Notes: generated from the sequence alone by a model not told the origin. Counted from the first letter of the stretch, positions 12,043 to 22,133 are shown. The stretch: DNA of 38,137 bases from Gemmatimonadaceae bacterium (GCA_041484425.1 JBGPHO010000001.1:1-38137), one strand, 5' to 3'. A program made the numbers and translations.

Positions 12043-13469
12043 GCGGCTTTATGCAAACCGCGGTCAGCCAGATTCTGGTCAAGGGCCAGTTCGTCGTGCT
12101 CTTGTACTTCCTTGCCGTCAACGGCTGGTATCTGATCCTGCTCGTCAGCTCGCTGCTCGAGCTCCGCCGCCACATGCTCCTGATCACGGACGAGAGCCGC
12201 CATCTACTCCTCAGCTCGACTCTCTCGCCCACGATCTCCATCCTTGCGCCCGCGTTCAACGAGGAGACCACGATCGACGCGAGCTTGCGCGCGCTGCTCG
12301 CGCTCCAGTACCCGAATCTCGAGATAATCGTAGTGAGTGATGGCTCGAAGGACCGGACCGTCCAGGTTCTCATCGAACGGTTCGACCTCGTACCCGTGAA
12401 GACTATCTACGAGCAGCGGATCAAGACGAAACCCGTGCGGTCGCTCTATCGCTCCTCGACGTATCCTTCACTCGTCGTCGTCGACAAGGACAACGGAGGA
12501 AAAGCCGACGCACTGAACGTCGGGCTCAGCTTCGCGCGCGGCGAGCTGGTGTGTGCAATGGATGCCGACACCCTGATCGAGGCGGACGGGCTTCAGCGCA
12601 TGATACGCCCTTTTCTCTACGGGACGGACGTCGTCGCAACCGGCGGAACCATTCGAGTCGTCAACGGATCGGAAGTGAAATTCGGCCGCGTCGTCAGGAC
12701 CGCCGTTCCAACCAGGCTGCTGGCGGGAGTCCAGGTCGTCGAATACCTCCGCGCGTTCCTGTTCGGCCGTCTCGGATGGAACCGGCTTGGTGGGAACATC
12801 ATCATCTCGGGAGCCTTCGGACTCTTTCAGCGGGAGGCAGTTCTGAGCGCGGGCGGGTATCTCCACGATACGGTCGGCGAAGACATGGAGCTGGTGCTGC
12901 GCCTGAAGAGGCTCTCGTACGAGCGCGGAGGCCCCGGGAAGATCGCATTCGTCCCGGATCCGGTGGCGTGGACGGAGGTGCCGGAGTCGACGAAAGTGCT
13001 CGGGCGACAACGTGATAGATGGCATCGTGGGCTGGCCGATGTGCTGTGGAGGCACCGAGGGATGTTTCTCAATCCGCGGTACGGCGTTACCGGCCTCGTG
13101 GTGTTCCCGTACTACGCGTTCGTGGAGTTGCTGGCTCCAGTGATTGAGGCAGTCGGGCTGATCGCTCTGGCGCTTGGACTTGCAACGGGCGTCGTCGACT
13201 GGAGCTTCGCGGGTCTCTTTTATCTCACCGCATACGGACTCGGTACCGCACTCACCGCATTCACGCTCATTCTCGAGGATCTGAGCTTTCACCGCTACGA
13301 GACGTTCCGCGACCGCGCCCTCCTTTTCTGGTGGGCCCTCGTCGAGAATATCGGCTACCGCCAGCTGACGGTTTACTGGAGGCTGCGCGGCCTCTGGAAA
13401 TTCATGCGCGGAAAAAAGGATTGGGGCAGCATGGAGCGAAAGGGCTTCCATCCCGTGCCTGCAGGGTAG
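12039..13469 (+). CDS. Processive family 2 glycosyltransferase (IcaA/PgaC-like glycan synthase)
   Basis: PAFNE, SDGSKD, NGGKADALN, MDADT, GEDME, QRDRW (QxxRW) and flanking TM helices; ATGA coupling. Confidence 0.9.
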   Translation: MSGFMQTAVSQILVKGQFVVLLYFLAVNGWYLILLVSSLLELRRHMLLITDESRHLLLSSTLSPTISILAPAFNEETTIDASLRALLALQYPNLEIIVVSDGSKDRTVQVLIERFDLVPVKTIYEQRIKTKPVRSLYRSSTYPSLVVVDKDNGGKADALNVGLSFARGELVCAMDADTLIEADGLQRMIRPFLYGTDVVATGGTIRVVNGSEVKFGRVVRTAVPTRLLAGVQVVEYLRAFLFGRLGWNRLGGNIIISGAFGLFQREAVLSAGGYLHDTVGEDMELVLRLKRLSYERGGPGKIAFVPDPVAWTEVPESTKVLGRQRDRWHRGLADVLWRHRGMFLNPRYGVTGLVVFPYYAFVELLAPVIEAVGLIALALGLATGVVDWSFAGLFYLTAYGLGTALTAFTLILEDLSFHRYETFRDRALLFWWALVENIGYRQLTVYWRLRGLWKFMRGKKDWGSMERKGFHPVPAG

Positions 13470-13552
13470 GGTCGTGTTTTCCCCGCGTCTTGCTCAGCGC
13501 AAGAATTGCTGCCATCTCTGGTGAGGGAGCGAATTCTCAACCGGAGAAACCG

Positions 13553-14068
13553 ATGCTACGCGTTTCCTCGATCATGATTGCAGGGCTCGCCGCGTCTGCC
13601 ATCGCCTGCGCGTCACACCCTCCGTCGACCGAAGTCACCGCCAGCGATTTCGACCTCAATCCCCTCGTTGGCGAGTGGCGCGGCGATTACAGCAGCGCCC
13701 AAACCGGAAGAAAGGGCACGATCGCCTTCACTCTCCGCGCTGGTGAGTCCTCCGCTTCCGGCAACATCGTGATGATTCCACGCGCCGACTCGTTGCTGTC
13801 GCCAGCCGAGCAGGAGCTTGTGACCAATGTTTCGGCGCCTGGGAAATCGGTGCTCAGGATTGACTTCATCAGGAAGGAGGGCGGCAATTTGAGCGGCATC
13901 CTCGAGCCGTACCAGGATCCCGAATGCGCCTGCCGGGTCATTACCACATTTCAGGGGTCCTTCCGCGACGCGCGCACGATCGAGGGAACATTCAGTACCG
14001 TTCCATCCCAGCCGGGACGAAGCGTCACCGGCGGGACCTGGAAGGTCACACGCGTTAAGCGGCTCTGA
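13553..14068 (+). CDS. Hypothetical lipoprotein, beta-rich
   Basis: GGAG SD then MLRVSSIMIAGLAASAIAC (lipobox-like); L.GEW.G.Y strand pattern. Confidence 0.7.
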   Translation: MLRVSSIMIAGLAASAIACASHPPSTEVTASDFDLNPLVGEWRGDYSSAQTGRKGTIAFTLRAGESSASGNIVMIPRADSLLSPAEQELVTNVSAPGKSVLRIDFIRKEGGNLSGILEPYQDPECACRVITTFQGSFRDARTIEGTFSTVPSQPGRSVTGGTWKVTRVKRL

Positions 14069-14206
14069 ACGTCATCAGGTTCAGGAATTCAGATCGGGCT
14101 CGTCGTGAGCCGCGATTTCCGCCATCCGTCTCTCCCCGTTGCATGCATGCGATTATCACCCGCGGCGGCGTTGCGCTAAATTTGATGTAATCAACTGGAG
14201 AACAGG

Positions 14207-15610
14207 ATGCCGAAGACCGGTTCGACTGCGTCACCCGCCCCGCCCAAGAAAAACACCGCCAAACCAACCGTTGCGGCACCGGCCAGGGTCCCTGCCAAGC
14301 CACCCGCCGCTGCTCCGTCAGGGAGCGCGCTCGAGATAAAGGACACCCGTACCAACAAGACGTACAACATTCCGGTGGTCGACGGAGCTATCCGCGCGCC
14401 CGATCTCAAGAAGATCAAGTCGGCCGACCCCGACGATTCGGGCCTCATGAGCTACGATCCGGCGTTTCTGAACACCGCATCGTGCCGGAGCGCCATCACG
14501 TTCATCGATGGCGACAAGGGAATACTCCGCTACCGCGGATACCCCATCGAGCAGCTGGCAGGGAATGCCACATTCCTCGAGGTCGCGTGGCTGCTTCGCC
14601 ACGGGGAGCTGCCGAACCAGCAGGAGTACGACCAGTTCACCCACGAGATCACGTTCCACACGTACGTGCACGAGAACATGCGGAAGTTCCTCGAGGGCTT
14701 CCGTTACGACGCGCACCCGATGGCGATGCTCAACAGCTCCGTCGCCGGGCTGGCGGCGTTCTATCCATCCGCGCGCAACATCTTCGACGAGACCGAGCGG
14801 AACATCTCCATCATCCGGCTGCTCGCGAAAACGCCCACGATCGCGGCGTTCTCGTACCGCCACGTGAAGGGACTTCCCTTCGTGTATCCGGACAATCGGC
14901 TCTCGTACGTCGAGAACTTCCTGTCGATGATTGCGCGGATGAGCGAGTCGGAGTATGAAGCAAACCCGGTGTTCGCTCGCGCGCTCGAGATCCTGTTCAT
15001 TCTGCACGCCGACCACGAACAGAACTGCTCGACCAGTGCGGTACGCGGTGTTGGCAGCTCGCACGTCGATCCATTCTCCGCCGTCTCCGCGGGAGTGGCC
15101 GCGCTATTCGGTCCGCTGCACGGCGGCGCCAACGAGCAGGTCCTCCGCATGATCAGTGAGATCGGCAGCGTCAAGAACGTCCCCAAATTCATCGAGACGG
15201 TGAAGAGCGGGGAGGGCGGGAGGCTGATGGGATTCGGCCACCGCGTCTACAAGAGCTACGATCCGCGCGCCAAGATCGTAAAGAAGCTGGCCGACGAAGT
15301 GTTCAAGGTTGTCGGCGTCGACAAGGACCTCGAGATCGCGCTGGAGCTGGAGCGGATCGCGCTGTCGGACGATTACTTCACGTCGCGCAAGTTGTACCCG
15401 AACGTGGACTTCTACACGGGACTGATCTACCGCTCAATGGCGTTCCCGACCGACTTCTTCACGGTGCTGTTCGCGATCGGCCGCATGCCTGGCTGGCTCG
15501 CCCAGTGGGAGGAGATGCTGCTCGACAAGGAGCAGAAGATCTCTCGGCCACGGCAGGTATACACGGGGCCGGCGGAGAGGCCGTACCGGAGCAGGCTCAC
15601 GGCGAAATAA
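14207..15610 (+). CDS. gltA: Citrate synthase with a Pro/Ala/Lys-rich N-terminal extension
   Basis: GILRYRGYPIEQL, HADHEQNCST, GPLHGGAN, GFGHRVYK, YPNVDFY. Confidence 0.97.
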   Translation: MPKTGSTASPAPPKKNTAKPTVAAPARVPAKPPAAAPSGSALEIKDTRTNKTYNIPVVDGAIRAPDLKKIKSADPDDSGLMSYDPAFLNTASCRSAITFIDGDKGILRYRGYPIEQLAGNATFLEVAWLLRHGELPNQQEYDQFTHEITFHTYVHENMRKFLEGFRYDAHPMAMLNSSVAGLAAFYPSARNIFDETERNISIIRLLAKTPTIAAFSYRHVKGLPFVYPDNRLSYVENFLSMIARMSESEYEANPVFARALEILFILHADHEQNCSTSAVRGVGSSHVDPFSAVSAGVAALFGPLHGGANEQVLRMISEIGSVKNVPKFIETVKSGEGGRLMGFGHRVYKSYDPRAKIVKKLADEVFKVVGVDKDLEIALELERIALSDDYFTSRKLYPNVDFYTGLIYRSMAFPTDFFTVLFAIGRMPGWLAQWEEMLLDKEQKISRPRQVYTGPAERPYRSRLTAK

Positions 15611-15711
15611 CGGATTCACGGCAACTGAGCAAACAGATTAGCTGAACACTGACTAACTGCAAATAAACAAGAGGTCAGCTCGACTAACTGCAGTTGCGGC
15701 GGCGGTTCTCG

Positions 15712-16224
15712 TCAGGTCGCGGCCGCGTAGTCGACCCCTTCCGCGGCGAGTAGCGCCTTCTTCACTCCCGGCAACCCGCTGTACCCCCCGATCGAGCCGT
15801 CGCTCATCACTACTCGGTGGCATGGGACCACGACCGCGACCGGATTCGCCCCACACGCCTGCGCCACCGCGCGCGTCGCCTTCGGTCGCTTGATCGCCAG
15901 CGCGACATCGAGGTAGGAGCGAGTCGAGCCAGGCGGAATCGACAGCAACTGGTTCCAGACTTCGCGCTGGAATTCTGTGCCTTGGAGATCGAGCGGCAGC
16001 GCGCTATCGAGTTTGCGGCCGGCAATTCGTTCCCGGACGGTATCGAGTGCCCGTTTGAGCGACACGTCGTCGCGAGTCAACTCCGCTTTTTGAAACCGCG
16101 CACGCAGATAGTCCTCTGCCCCCGCGTCGGATTCGCGCAGGCTGACAACACACACTCCTTTGGCCGTTGCCGCGACAAGCACGCTTCCCAGCGGGCTCGG
16201 CCCGGTAGTGAATTTGATTTCCAT
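15712..16224 (-). CDS. ogt: Methylated-DNA--protein-cysteine methyltransferase
   Basis: GTEFQREVW, ATRAVAQAC, active-site PCHRV, GGYSG. Confidence 0.93.
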   Translation of the reverse strand: MEIKFTTGPSPLGSVLVAATAKGVCVVSLRESDAGAEDYLRARFQKAELTRDDVSLKRALDTVRERIAGRKLDSALPLDLQGTEFQREVWNQLLSIPPGSTRSYLDVALAIKRPKATRAVAQACGANPVAVVVPCHRVVMSDGSIGGYSGLPGVKKALLAAEGVDYAAAT

Positions 16225-16471
16225 GTGCGTTCCCCTATTGATGCTAGACAGTATGCTGACACGACGCCAACCCTGCCAGCCTTCAATACCGACCCCGCAT
16301 TCCGAATGTCATCGGAATCTTTCGACGCGACTCTGGTCAGCCCGAAGGACGAGCTTCCCCGCCGACTGATGTTTATCACAGTCGCCGGCGCCGCCACTCG
16401 GCCCGCTTCCGTCGTCACCCACATCGTGGCGACCTCCTAACTGGAGTTGGAACCAGGCTCCGGCAACATTG

Positions 16472-16493
16472 GCCTTGTAGGGTATTCCCCTAT
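16472..16493 (+). promoter_or_regulatory. Palindromic candidate operator upstream of nosZ
   Basis: GCCTTGTAGGGTATTCCCCTAT; 18 of 22 nt identical to the site at 29157-29178. Confidence 0.55.
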
Positions 16494-16604
16494 AAGTGCT
16501 GCGAGAAACAGGGAGGAATCTGCGGCAATGCGCTGATTTATCCGTTTCTCCTGATGCGGGAAATTCCAAAAGATCATCAACCAGCACACTCCACCAATAG
16601 ACCA

Positions 16605-18653
16605 ATGAAGAATCCTTCGGGAAAAGCGCTGTTACTCAGTGCAGCAATCGCTGTTGTGGGCATCGGAGCCTTCTACTCGTGCACTACTACTTCGGGTGGA
16701 AACGAAAACGTATTGGTTGGAGATGCAGCCTCCAAAGTCTACGTCGCACCGGGAAAATACGACGAGTTCTACGCATTCTTTTCGGGCGGGTACAACGGCC
16801 AGATAATGGTTTATGGCCTCCCCTCGGGCCGCCTGTTGAAATTCGTCCCGGTCTTTTCGCAGAACCCGGAAACCGGGTACGGCTACAACGAAGAGACGAA
16901 GCCAATGCTCCAAACGACCTACGGGTTCACACCTTGGGATGACGCTCACCATACCGAGCTATCGCAGACGAACGGAGTGCCCGACGGGCGCTGGCTCTTC
17001 ATCAACGGGAACAACACTCCGCGCGTGGCGCGGGTTGATCTGAAGACTTTCGAGACGACCGAGATTCTACAGATACCAAACGCCGCCGGCGGACACGCTT
17101 CCCCCTTCACGACGCCGAATACCAAATACATCGTTTCGGCGACGCGCTTCAGCGTGCCGATTCCCAACACTGACGTGCCGATCGACAGCTACAAGCAAAA
17201 CTTCAAGGGCACGCTGTCTTTCATCACCGCTGATCAGCCCGGCAAGATGGACATCGCGTTCCAGATCCTGATGCCCGGCTTCAACTACGACCTCGGCCAC
17301 GCCGGCAAGGGCCCCTCTGACGGCTGGTTCTTCTTCACCACATATAACACGGAGCAGGCGTACGAGAAGCTGGAGCTGAACGCCTCGCAGAACGACAAGG
17401 ATTTCATCGCCGCGGTCAACTATCGTCTGGCGGAGCAGTGTGTCGCGAGCGGCAAGGCGAAAAACGCGCCTGCCGATTACTTCCACAACGTCATGGACGA
17501 GAAGTCGCGCATTGCGCACTCGGAAAGGAAGAGCAGCGTGAAGATGCTGGCGCCGAAGGACTGCCCAGGCGTCGTCTACTATCTCCCGACTCCCAAGTCA
17601 CCACACGGTGTCGATATCGATCCGACAGGAGAGTACATAGTTGCCGGCGGCAAGCTGGCCACCGTAATCCCCGTTCACTCTTTCACCAAAATGCAGCGGG
17701 CCATCGCCGACAAGCAGTTCGACGGCGAGGTGCAGGGCATCCCAGTGCTCAAGTACAGCGCAACGCTCGCCGGCGAAGTTCAGAAACCCGGCCTTGGCCC
17801 GCTGCACACCGAATTCGACGGAAAGGGCAACGCTTACACGACGATGTTCATCTCGTCCGAAATCGTTAAGTGGAAGCTGGGCACGTGGGAAGTGCTCGAC
17901 CGGATGCCGGTCTACTATTCACCCGGCCACCTCATGATCCCGGGTGGCGACAGCAGAAAGCCATGGGGCAAGTACCTGGTTTCCCTCAACAAGATCACCA
18001 AGGACCGCTACTTGCCCACCGGTCCCGAGTTGGCCCAGTCGGCCCAGTTGATCGACATCAGCGGCGACAAGATGAAGATGCTGCTCGATTTCCCGACGAT
18101 CGGCGAGCCGCACTACGCGCAAGCGATTCCCGCGGATCTGATCAAGGGCAACAGCCTGAAGTTCTACAAACTGTCTGAGAACACCCACCCGTTCGTCACC
18201 AGGGCCGAATCCGATGGCGGGATCAGGCGCCAGGGCAAGAACGTGCACATCAACATGATTGCAATCCGCAGTCATTTCGCGCCTGACAACCTCGAGGGCG
18301 TGCAGGTTGGTGACACGGTTTACTTCCACCTCACCAACATCGAACAGGACTGGGATATAGTTCACGGCTTTGCCGTCCTTGGCGCGGAGAACGCCGAAGT
18401 GATCGTCGCACCCGGCGAAACGCGGACACTGAGATGGATTCCCAAAACCGCAGGCATTTATCCCTTCTACTGTACTGATTTCTGCTCGGCGCTACACCAG
18501 GAGATGCAGGGTTACGTTCGCGTCTCGGCGCCGGGATCCAATGTGCCGCTGACGGCCAACATCAGCGCGAGGGCGCGGTCACAGTCGACACGCGCGCAAG
18601 CGATGCCAAAGCAGGATCACCAAGCGATGGAGAAGGCCAGTGGGAGTCGCTGA
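16605..18653 (+). CDS. nosZ: Sec-dependent (clade II) nitrous-oxide reductase
   Basis: No twin-Arg; Sec/lipoprotein-like signal ending FYSC; FFSGG, DAHH, GGH, SPHG, PLH, EPH CuZ histidines; CuA CTDFCSALHQEM; no C-terminal CxxCH. Confidence 0.96.
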   Translation: MKNPSGKALLLSAAIAVVGIGAFYSCTTTSGGNENVLVGDAASKVYVAPGKYDEFYAFFSGGYNGQIMVYGLPSGRLLKFVPVFSQNPETGYGYNEETKPMLQTTYGFTPWDDAHHTELSQTNGVPDGRWLFINGNNTPRVARVDLKTFETTEILQIPNAAGGHASPFTTPNTKYIVSATRFSVPIPNTDVPIDSYKQNFKGTLSFITADQPGKMDIAFQILMPGFNYDLGHAGKGPSDGWFFFTTYNTEQAYEKLELNASQNDKDFIAAVNYRLAEQCVASGKAKNAPADYFHNVMDEKSRIAHSERKSSVKMLAPKDCPGVVYYLPTPKSPHGVDIDPTGEYIVAGGKLATVIPVHSFTKMQRAIADKQFDGEVQGIPVLKYSATLAGEVQKPGLGPLHTEFDGKGNAYTTMFISSEIVKWKLGTWEVLDRMPVYYSPGHLMIPGGDSRKPWGKYLVSLNKITKDRYLPTGPELAQSAQLIDISGDKMKMLLDFPTIGEPHYAQAIPADLIKGNSLKFYKLSENTHPFVTRAESDGGIRRQGKNVHINMIAIRSHFAPDNLEGVQVGDTVYFHLTNIEQDWDIVHGFAVLGAENAEVIVAPGETRTLRWIPKTAGIYPFYCTDFCSALHQEMQGYVRVSAPGSNVPLTANISARARSQSTRAQAMPKQDHQAMEKASGSR

Positions 18654-19350
18654 CGTGGGGATAGTCTCGGGGCAGGGAACGATCAGCGCGCTCTTTCCCG
18701 CAATTGCGGCCGGGCACGCAGACGAGGCCCGGATCCCGGGCTCACGCAGAACCATATCGAAGATTCCGCGAGTCCTGGTTATGCTGGCATCGGTGCTGAT
18801 GATGGGTGTGTATCTCTTTCCACTGTGGAATGTGCGCTTGACCGCGCCACAGTACCCCGAAGGACTCGGAATGCAAATCCGCATCAACACCGTCGAGGGC
18901 GCAACTGAAAACGATCTCAACAACATCAACAATCTCAACCACTACATCGGCATGAAGAGGATCGAGCCGGAGGCAATCCCGGAGCTCCGCATCATGCCGT
19001 GGATCGTGGCGGCAATCATCGTAACCGGGCTGGCGACTGCAGCGCTCGCCAAGCGACAGCTGGTTTATGCGTGGACTGCTGGATTTCTGGCGATCGCGAT
19101 CATCGGCCTGATCGATTTCTGGAAGTGGGAATACGACTACGGCCACCACCTCGACAACGAGCACGCTATTCTCAAGATCCCGGGCATGACTTATCAGCCC
19201 CCGCTGATCGGCGCGAAGCAGCTGCTCAACTTCCGGGCGGTATCGTTGCCTTCCCTGGGCGGGATTCTGGTCGGACTGGCGATGGCGCTTGCCTTGACCG
19301 CCACGGTGCTGGCGTGGCGCGAGCGAAAGTTCGCGTTAGCGCGCAGCTGA
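18640..19350 (+). CDS. nosB: NosB-like membrane protein of clade II nos clusters (start uncertain)
   Basis: PLWNVRLTAPQYPEGL, NNLNHYIGM, YDYGHHLD, YQPPLIG; lies between nosZ and nosD. Confidence 0.8.
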   Translation: MGVADVGIVSGQGTISALFPAIAAGHADEARIPGSRRTISKIPRVLVMLASVLMMGVYLFPLWNVRLTAPQYPEGLGMQIRINTVEGATENDLNNINNLNHYIGMKRIEPEAIPELRIMPWIVAAIIVTGLATAALAKRQLVYAWTAGFLAIAIIGLIDFWKWEYDYGHHLDNEHAILKIPGMTYQPPLIGAKQLLNFRAVSLPSLGGILVGLAMALALTATVLAWRERKFALARS

Positions 19351-19384
19351 CACCCGCGGAACCACCCGCCATCGGCATCGAGCG

Positions 19385-20635
19385 ATGATATCATTCCCGC
19401 GATTCGGCGCGGCCGTGCTCGTACTTGCGTCACTGAGCGCAGCTACAACCGGGGCCCAAGCGACGATCACTGTGTCGCCTCATGGCCCCGTCCGGACGCT
19501 TACCGCTGCAATCGCGGCAGCCTCTCGTCACGCGAAAATCGTCGTGAAGCCCGGCGTCTATCGCGAGCCGACAATCATCGTGAATAAACCTGTCGAGATC
19601 ATCGGCGAGGGATGGCCGGTTCTCGACGGCGCGAGCGCCCGCCAGATCATGACGGTAACCGCGGATAGTGTAACTATTCGCGGCCTGCACTTCGAGCACG
19701 TCGGGACCAGCTTCACGGAGGATTGGGCAGCAGTGCGGTTTCAGGCCGTCCGCGGCTGCACGATCGAAGGCAATCGGTTCGACGACGCATTCTTCGGGAT
19801 CTACCTCGCCAAAGTCAACGACTGCACGATTCGCGGAAATGTTCTCCGCTCGGGCCGAGGACGCGAGATGAATTCCGGAAACGGAATCCACCTCTGGGCC
19901 TCGAACGGAATCACTATCGCGAACAACCGCATCTCGGGTCACCGTGACGGCATCTACTTCGAGTTTGTCCACAACAGCGTCATCAGCGGCAACGTCAGCG
20001 AGCAGAACCTGCGCTATGGCCTCCACTTCATGTATTCGGACGACTGCAGGTATCTGAACAACATATTCAGGAGAAACGGCTCTGGTGTAGCGGTAATGTT
20101 TACCAACCGCGTCGAGATGACGGGCAACCGATTCGAGGAAAACTGGGGCGGCGCCGCTTACGGACTTCTCCTCAAGGAGATTGGAGACAGCAAGCTCGAG
20201 GGAAACGTTTTCTATCGGAATACCACTGGCCTGCTTGCCGACGGCGCTAACCGGCTGAAAGCGATCAAAAACGATTTCATCGACAACGGCTGGGCGGTAA
20301 AGCTCCAGTCGAGCACGCAGGACGGCAGGTTCACCGGCAACAACTTCATCGGCAACACCTTCGATGTCTCAGCGAATAACAGCGAGACTACGACGATCTT
20401 TGCGGGGAACTACTGGGACGACTACCGAGGCTACGACCTGGATCGCGACGGCGTCGGAGACGTTGCGTATCATCCCGTTCGGCTCTTCTCGATGGTCGTC
20501 GCGCAGAACGGCCCGTCGATCATACTTCTCCGCAGTACGTTTGTGCGCCTCCTCGATTCAGCGGAAAGCATCATTCCGGCGCTGACGCCGGAAGCTCTTG
20601 CCGATCGCGAGCCGGCGATGAAGAGGATCAAGTGA
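19385..20635 (+). CDS. nosD: Periplasmic nitrous-oxide reductase maturation protein
   Basis: Parallel beta-helix repeats, GNGIHLW, RYGLHFMYS, GNYWDDYRGYDLDRDGVGD. Confidence 0.95.
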   Translation: MISFPRFGAAVLVLASLSAATTGAQATITVSPHGPVRTLTAAIAAASRHAKIVVKPGVYREPTIIVNKPVEIIGEGWPVLDGASARQIMTVTADSVTIRGLHFEHVGTSFTEDWAAVRFQAVRGCTIEGNRFDDAFFGIYLAKVNDCTIRGNVLRSGRGREMNSGNGIHLWASNGITIANNRISGHRDGIYFEFVHNSVISGNVSEQNLRYGLHFMYSDDCRYLNNIFRRNGSGVAVMFTNRVEMTGNRFEENWGGAAYGLLLKEIGDSKLEGNVFYRNTTGLLADGANRLKAIKNDFIDNGWAVKLQSSTQDGRFTGNNFIGNTFDVSANNSETTTIFAGNYWDDYRGYDLDRDGVGDVAYHPVRLFSMVVAQNGPSIILLRSTFVRLLDSAESIIPALTPEALADREPAMKRIK

Positions 20636-21345
20636 TCGAGGCGCGCCACATCACGAAAACGTTCGGGACACTCCGTGTTCTGGACGACCTGTCCCTCAGC
20701 ATCGGACCACGCCGGATCACGGGCCTCGTCGGACCCAATGCCGCTGGGAAGACGACGCTCGCGAAGATCATTCTTGGCCTCACGAAGGCGGATTCCGGCA
20801 CGCTGGAGATCGACGGGACTCCGATCGGCGCGGACGATGCCTACCGTTCGCGCATTGGCTACATGCCGCAGATGGCGCGGTTCCCGGAGAATCTTTCTGC
20901 GCGGGAGCTGTTCGAGATGCTGACCGATCTGCGTCGTCCAGCACGGCCGGTGGACGACGAGCTCGTCGAGCGCTTCAACTTTGGCGGGGCACTCGATAAA
21001 CCCATTCGCACGCTCTCCGGCGGGACCCGCCAGAAGGTGAATGCCGTCATCGCATTTCTCTTCCGCCCCGATCTGCTCATTCTCGACGAGCCAACCGCCG
21101 GCCTTGATCCTGTTTCCAGCGGTATCCTCAAGGACAAAATCTTCGCCGAAAAAGCGGCCGGGACAACGTTTCTCCTGACATCGCACATCATGAGCGAGCT
21201 CGACGAGCTCGCCGACGATGTCGCGTTCATTAATGAAGGCAAAGTCGCATTCGTGGGAGCCCTGGCCGAGATCAAGCGGGTCACGAGGCAGTCCAATCTC
21301 GAGCGTGCGATCGCAGAGATGATGAAACGCGGAGCGGCAGCATGA
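20632..21345 (+). CDS. nosF: ABC ATPase of NosDFY
   Basis: Walker A GPNAAGKTT, LSGG, ILDEPTAGLD, H-loop; GTGA coupled to nosD. Confidence 0.9.
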   Translation: MIEARHITKTFGTLRVLDDLSLSIGPRRITGLVGPNAAGKTTLAKIILGLTKADSGTLEIDGTPIGADDAYRSRIGYMPQMARFPENLSARELFEMLTDLRRPARPVDDELVERFNFGGALDKPIRTLSGGTRQKVNAVIAFLFRPDLLILDEPTAGLDPVSSGILKDKIFAEKAAGTTFLLTSHIMSELDELADDVAFINEGKVAFVGALAEIKRVTRQSNLERAIAEMMKRGAAA

Positions 21346-22133
21346 AGGTAACGGCCAAGGTTGCGCGCTACGAGATTCGCGACGTGATCCGGAGCCGCTG
21401 GCTCATCGGCTACACGCTCTTCTTCCTCCTCGCGACGGACGCGCTCTTCCGGTTCGGCGGTGGCGGAGAGAAAGCACTGCTGAGTCTCGTTAACATCGTG
21501 CTTATTCTGATTCCGCTGGTCGCGATGGTGTTTTCAACGGTATATCTGTACGCCGCGCGCGAATTCATCGAGCTGCTGCTGGCTCAACCGATCAAGCGGC
21601 GGCAGGTGTTCGCTGGACTGTACATTGGGCTGACGCTCCCGCTGTCACTGAGCTTCGTAGTGGCGGTCAGCGTTCCGTTTATATTGCACCGCGGCATAGC
21701 GAGCGCGCAGCCGGGGACATTCGCGGCGCTGCTTCTGGCCGGAATTGCGCTGACACTCATCTTTACGGCGCTGGCGTTCCTCATCGTCGCTCGCACCGAG
21801 GACAGGATCAAGGGATTGGGGTTGGCCGTGGCTGTGTGGCTATTCCTGGCGGTGCTCTACGACGGTCTCGTTCTGCTGCTCATCTCGATCATGGCCGACT
21901 ATCCCATTGAGCGGCCGCTCATCGGCCTCATGCTCGCAAATCCCATGGACTTGGCGAGGGTGGCCCTGCTCCTGCAGTTTGACGTTGCAGCGCTTCTTGG
22001 TTACACCGGCGCCGTCATGCAGAAGTTCTTCGGCAGAGCGATCGGAGTTACAGTGACTTCACTGGCGCTCGCAGTCTGGGTGTTCGCGCCACTTCTTGCC
22101 GGAATGCGCGCATTCCAGAAAAAGGATTTCTGA
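21342..22133 (+). CDS. nosY: ABC permease of NosDFY
   Basis: Multi-TM, REFIELLLAQP, NPMDLAR; ATGA coupled to nosF. Confidence 0.9.
   Translation: MKVTAKVARYEIRDVIRSRWLIGYTLFFLLATDALFRFGGGGEKALLSLVNIVLILIPLVAMVFSTVYLYAAREFIELLLAQPIKRRQVFAGLYIGLTLPLSLSFVVAVSVPFILHRGIASAQPGTFAALLLAGIALTLIFTALAFLIVARTEDRIKGLGLAVAVWLFLAVLYDGLVLLLISIMADYPIERPLIGLMLANPMDLARVALLLQFDVAALLGYTGAVMQKFFGRAIGVTVTSLALAVWVFAPLLAGMRAFQKKDF

Noticed and set aside
14182-14194. TTGAT-GTA-ATCAA upstream of gltA resembling an FNR box
   Set aside because: Spacer is 3 nt rather than 4 and the site abuts the SD; not supportable.
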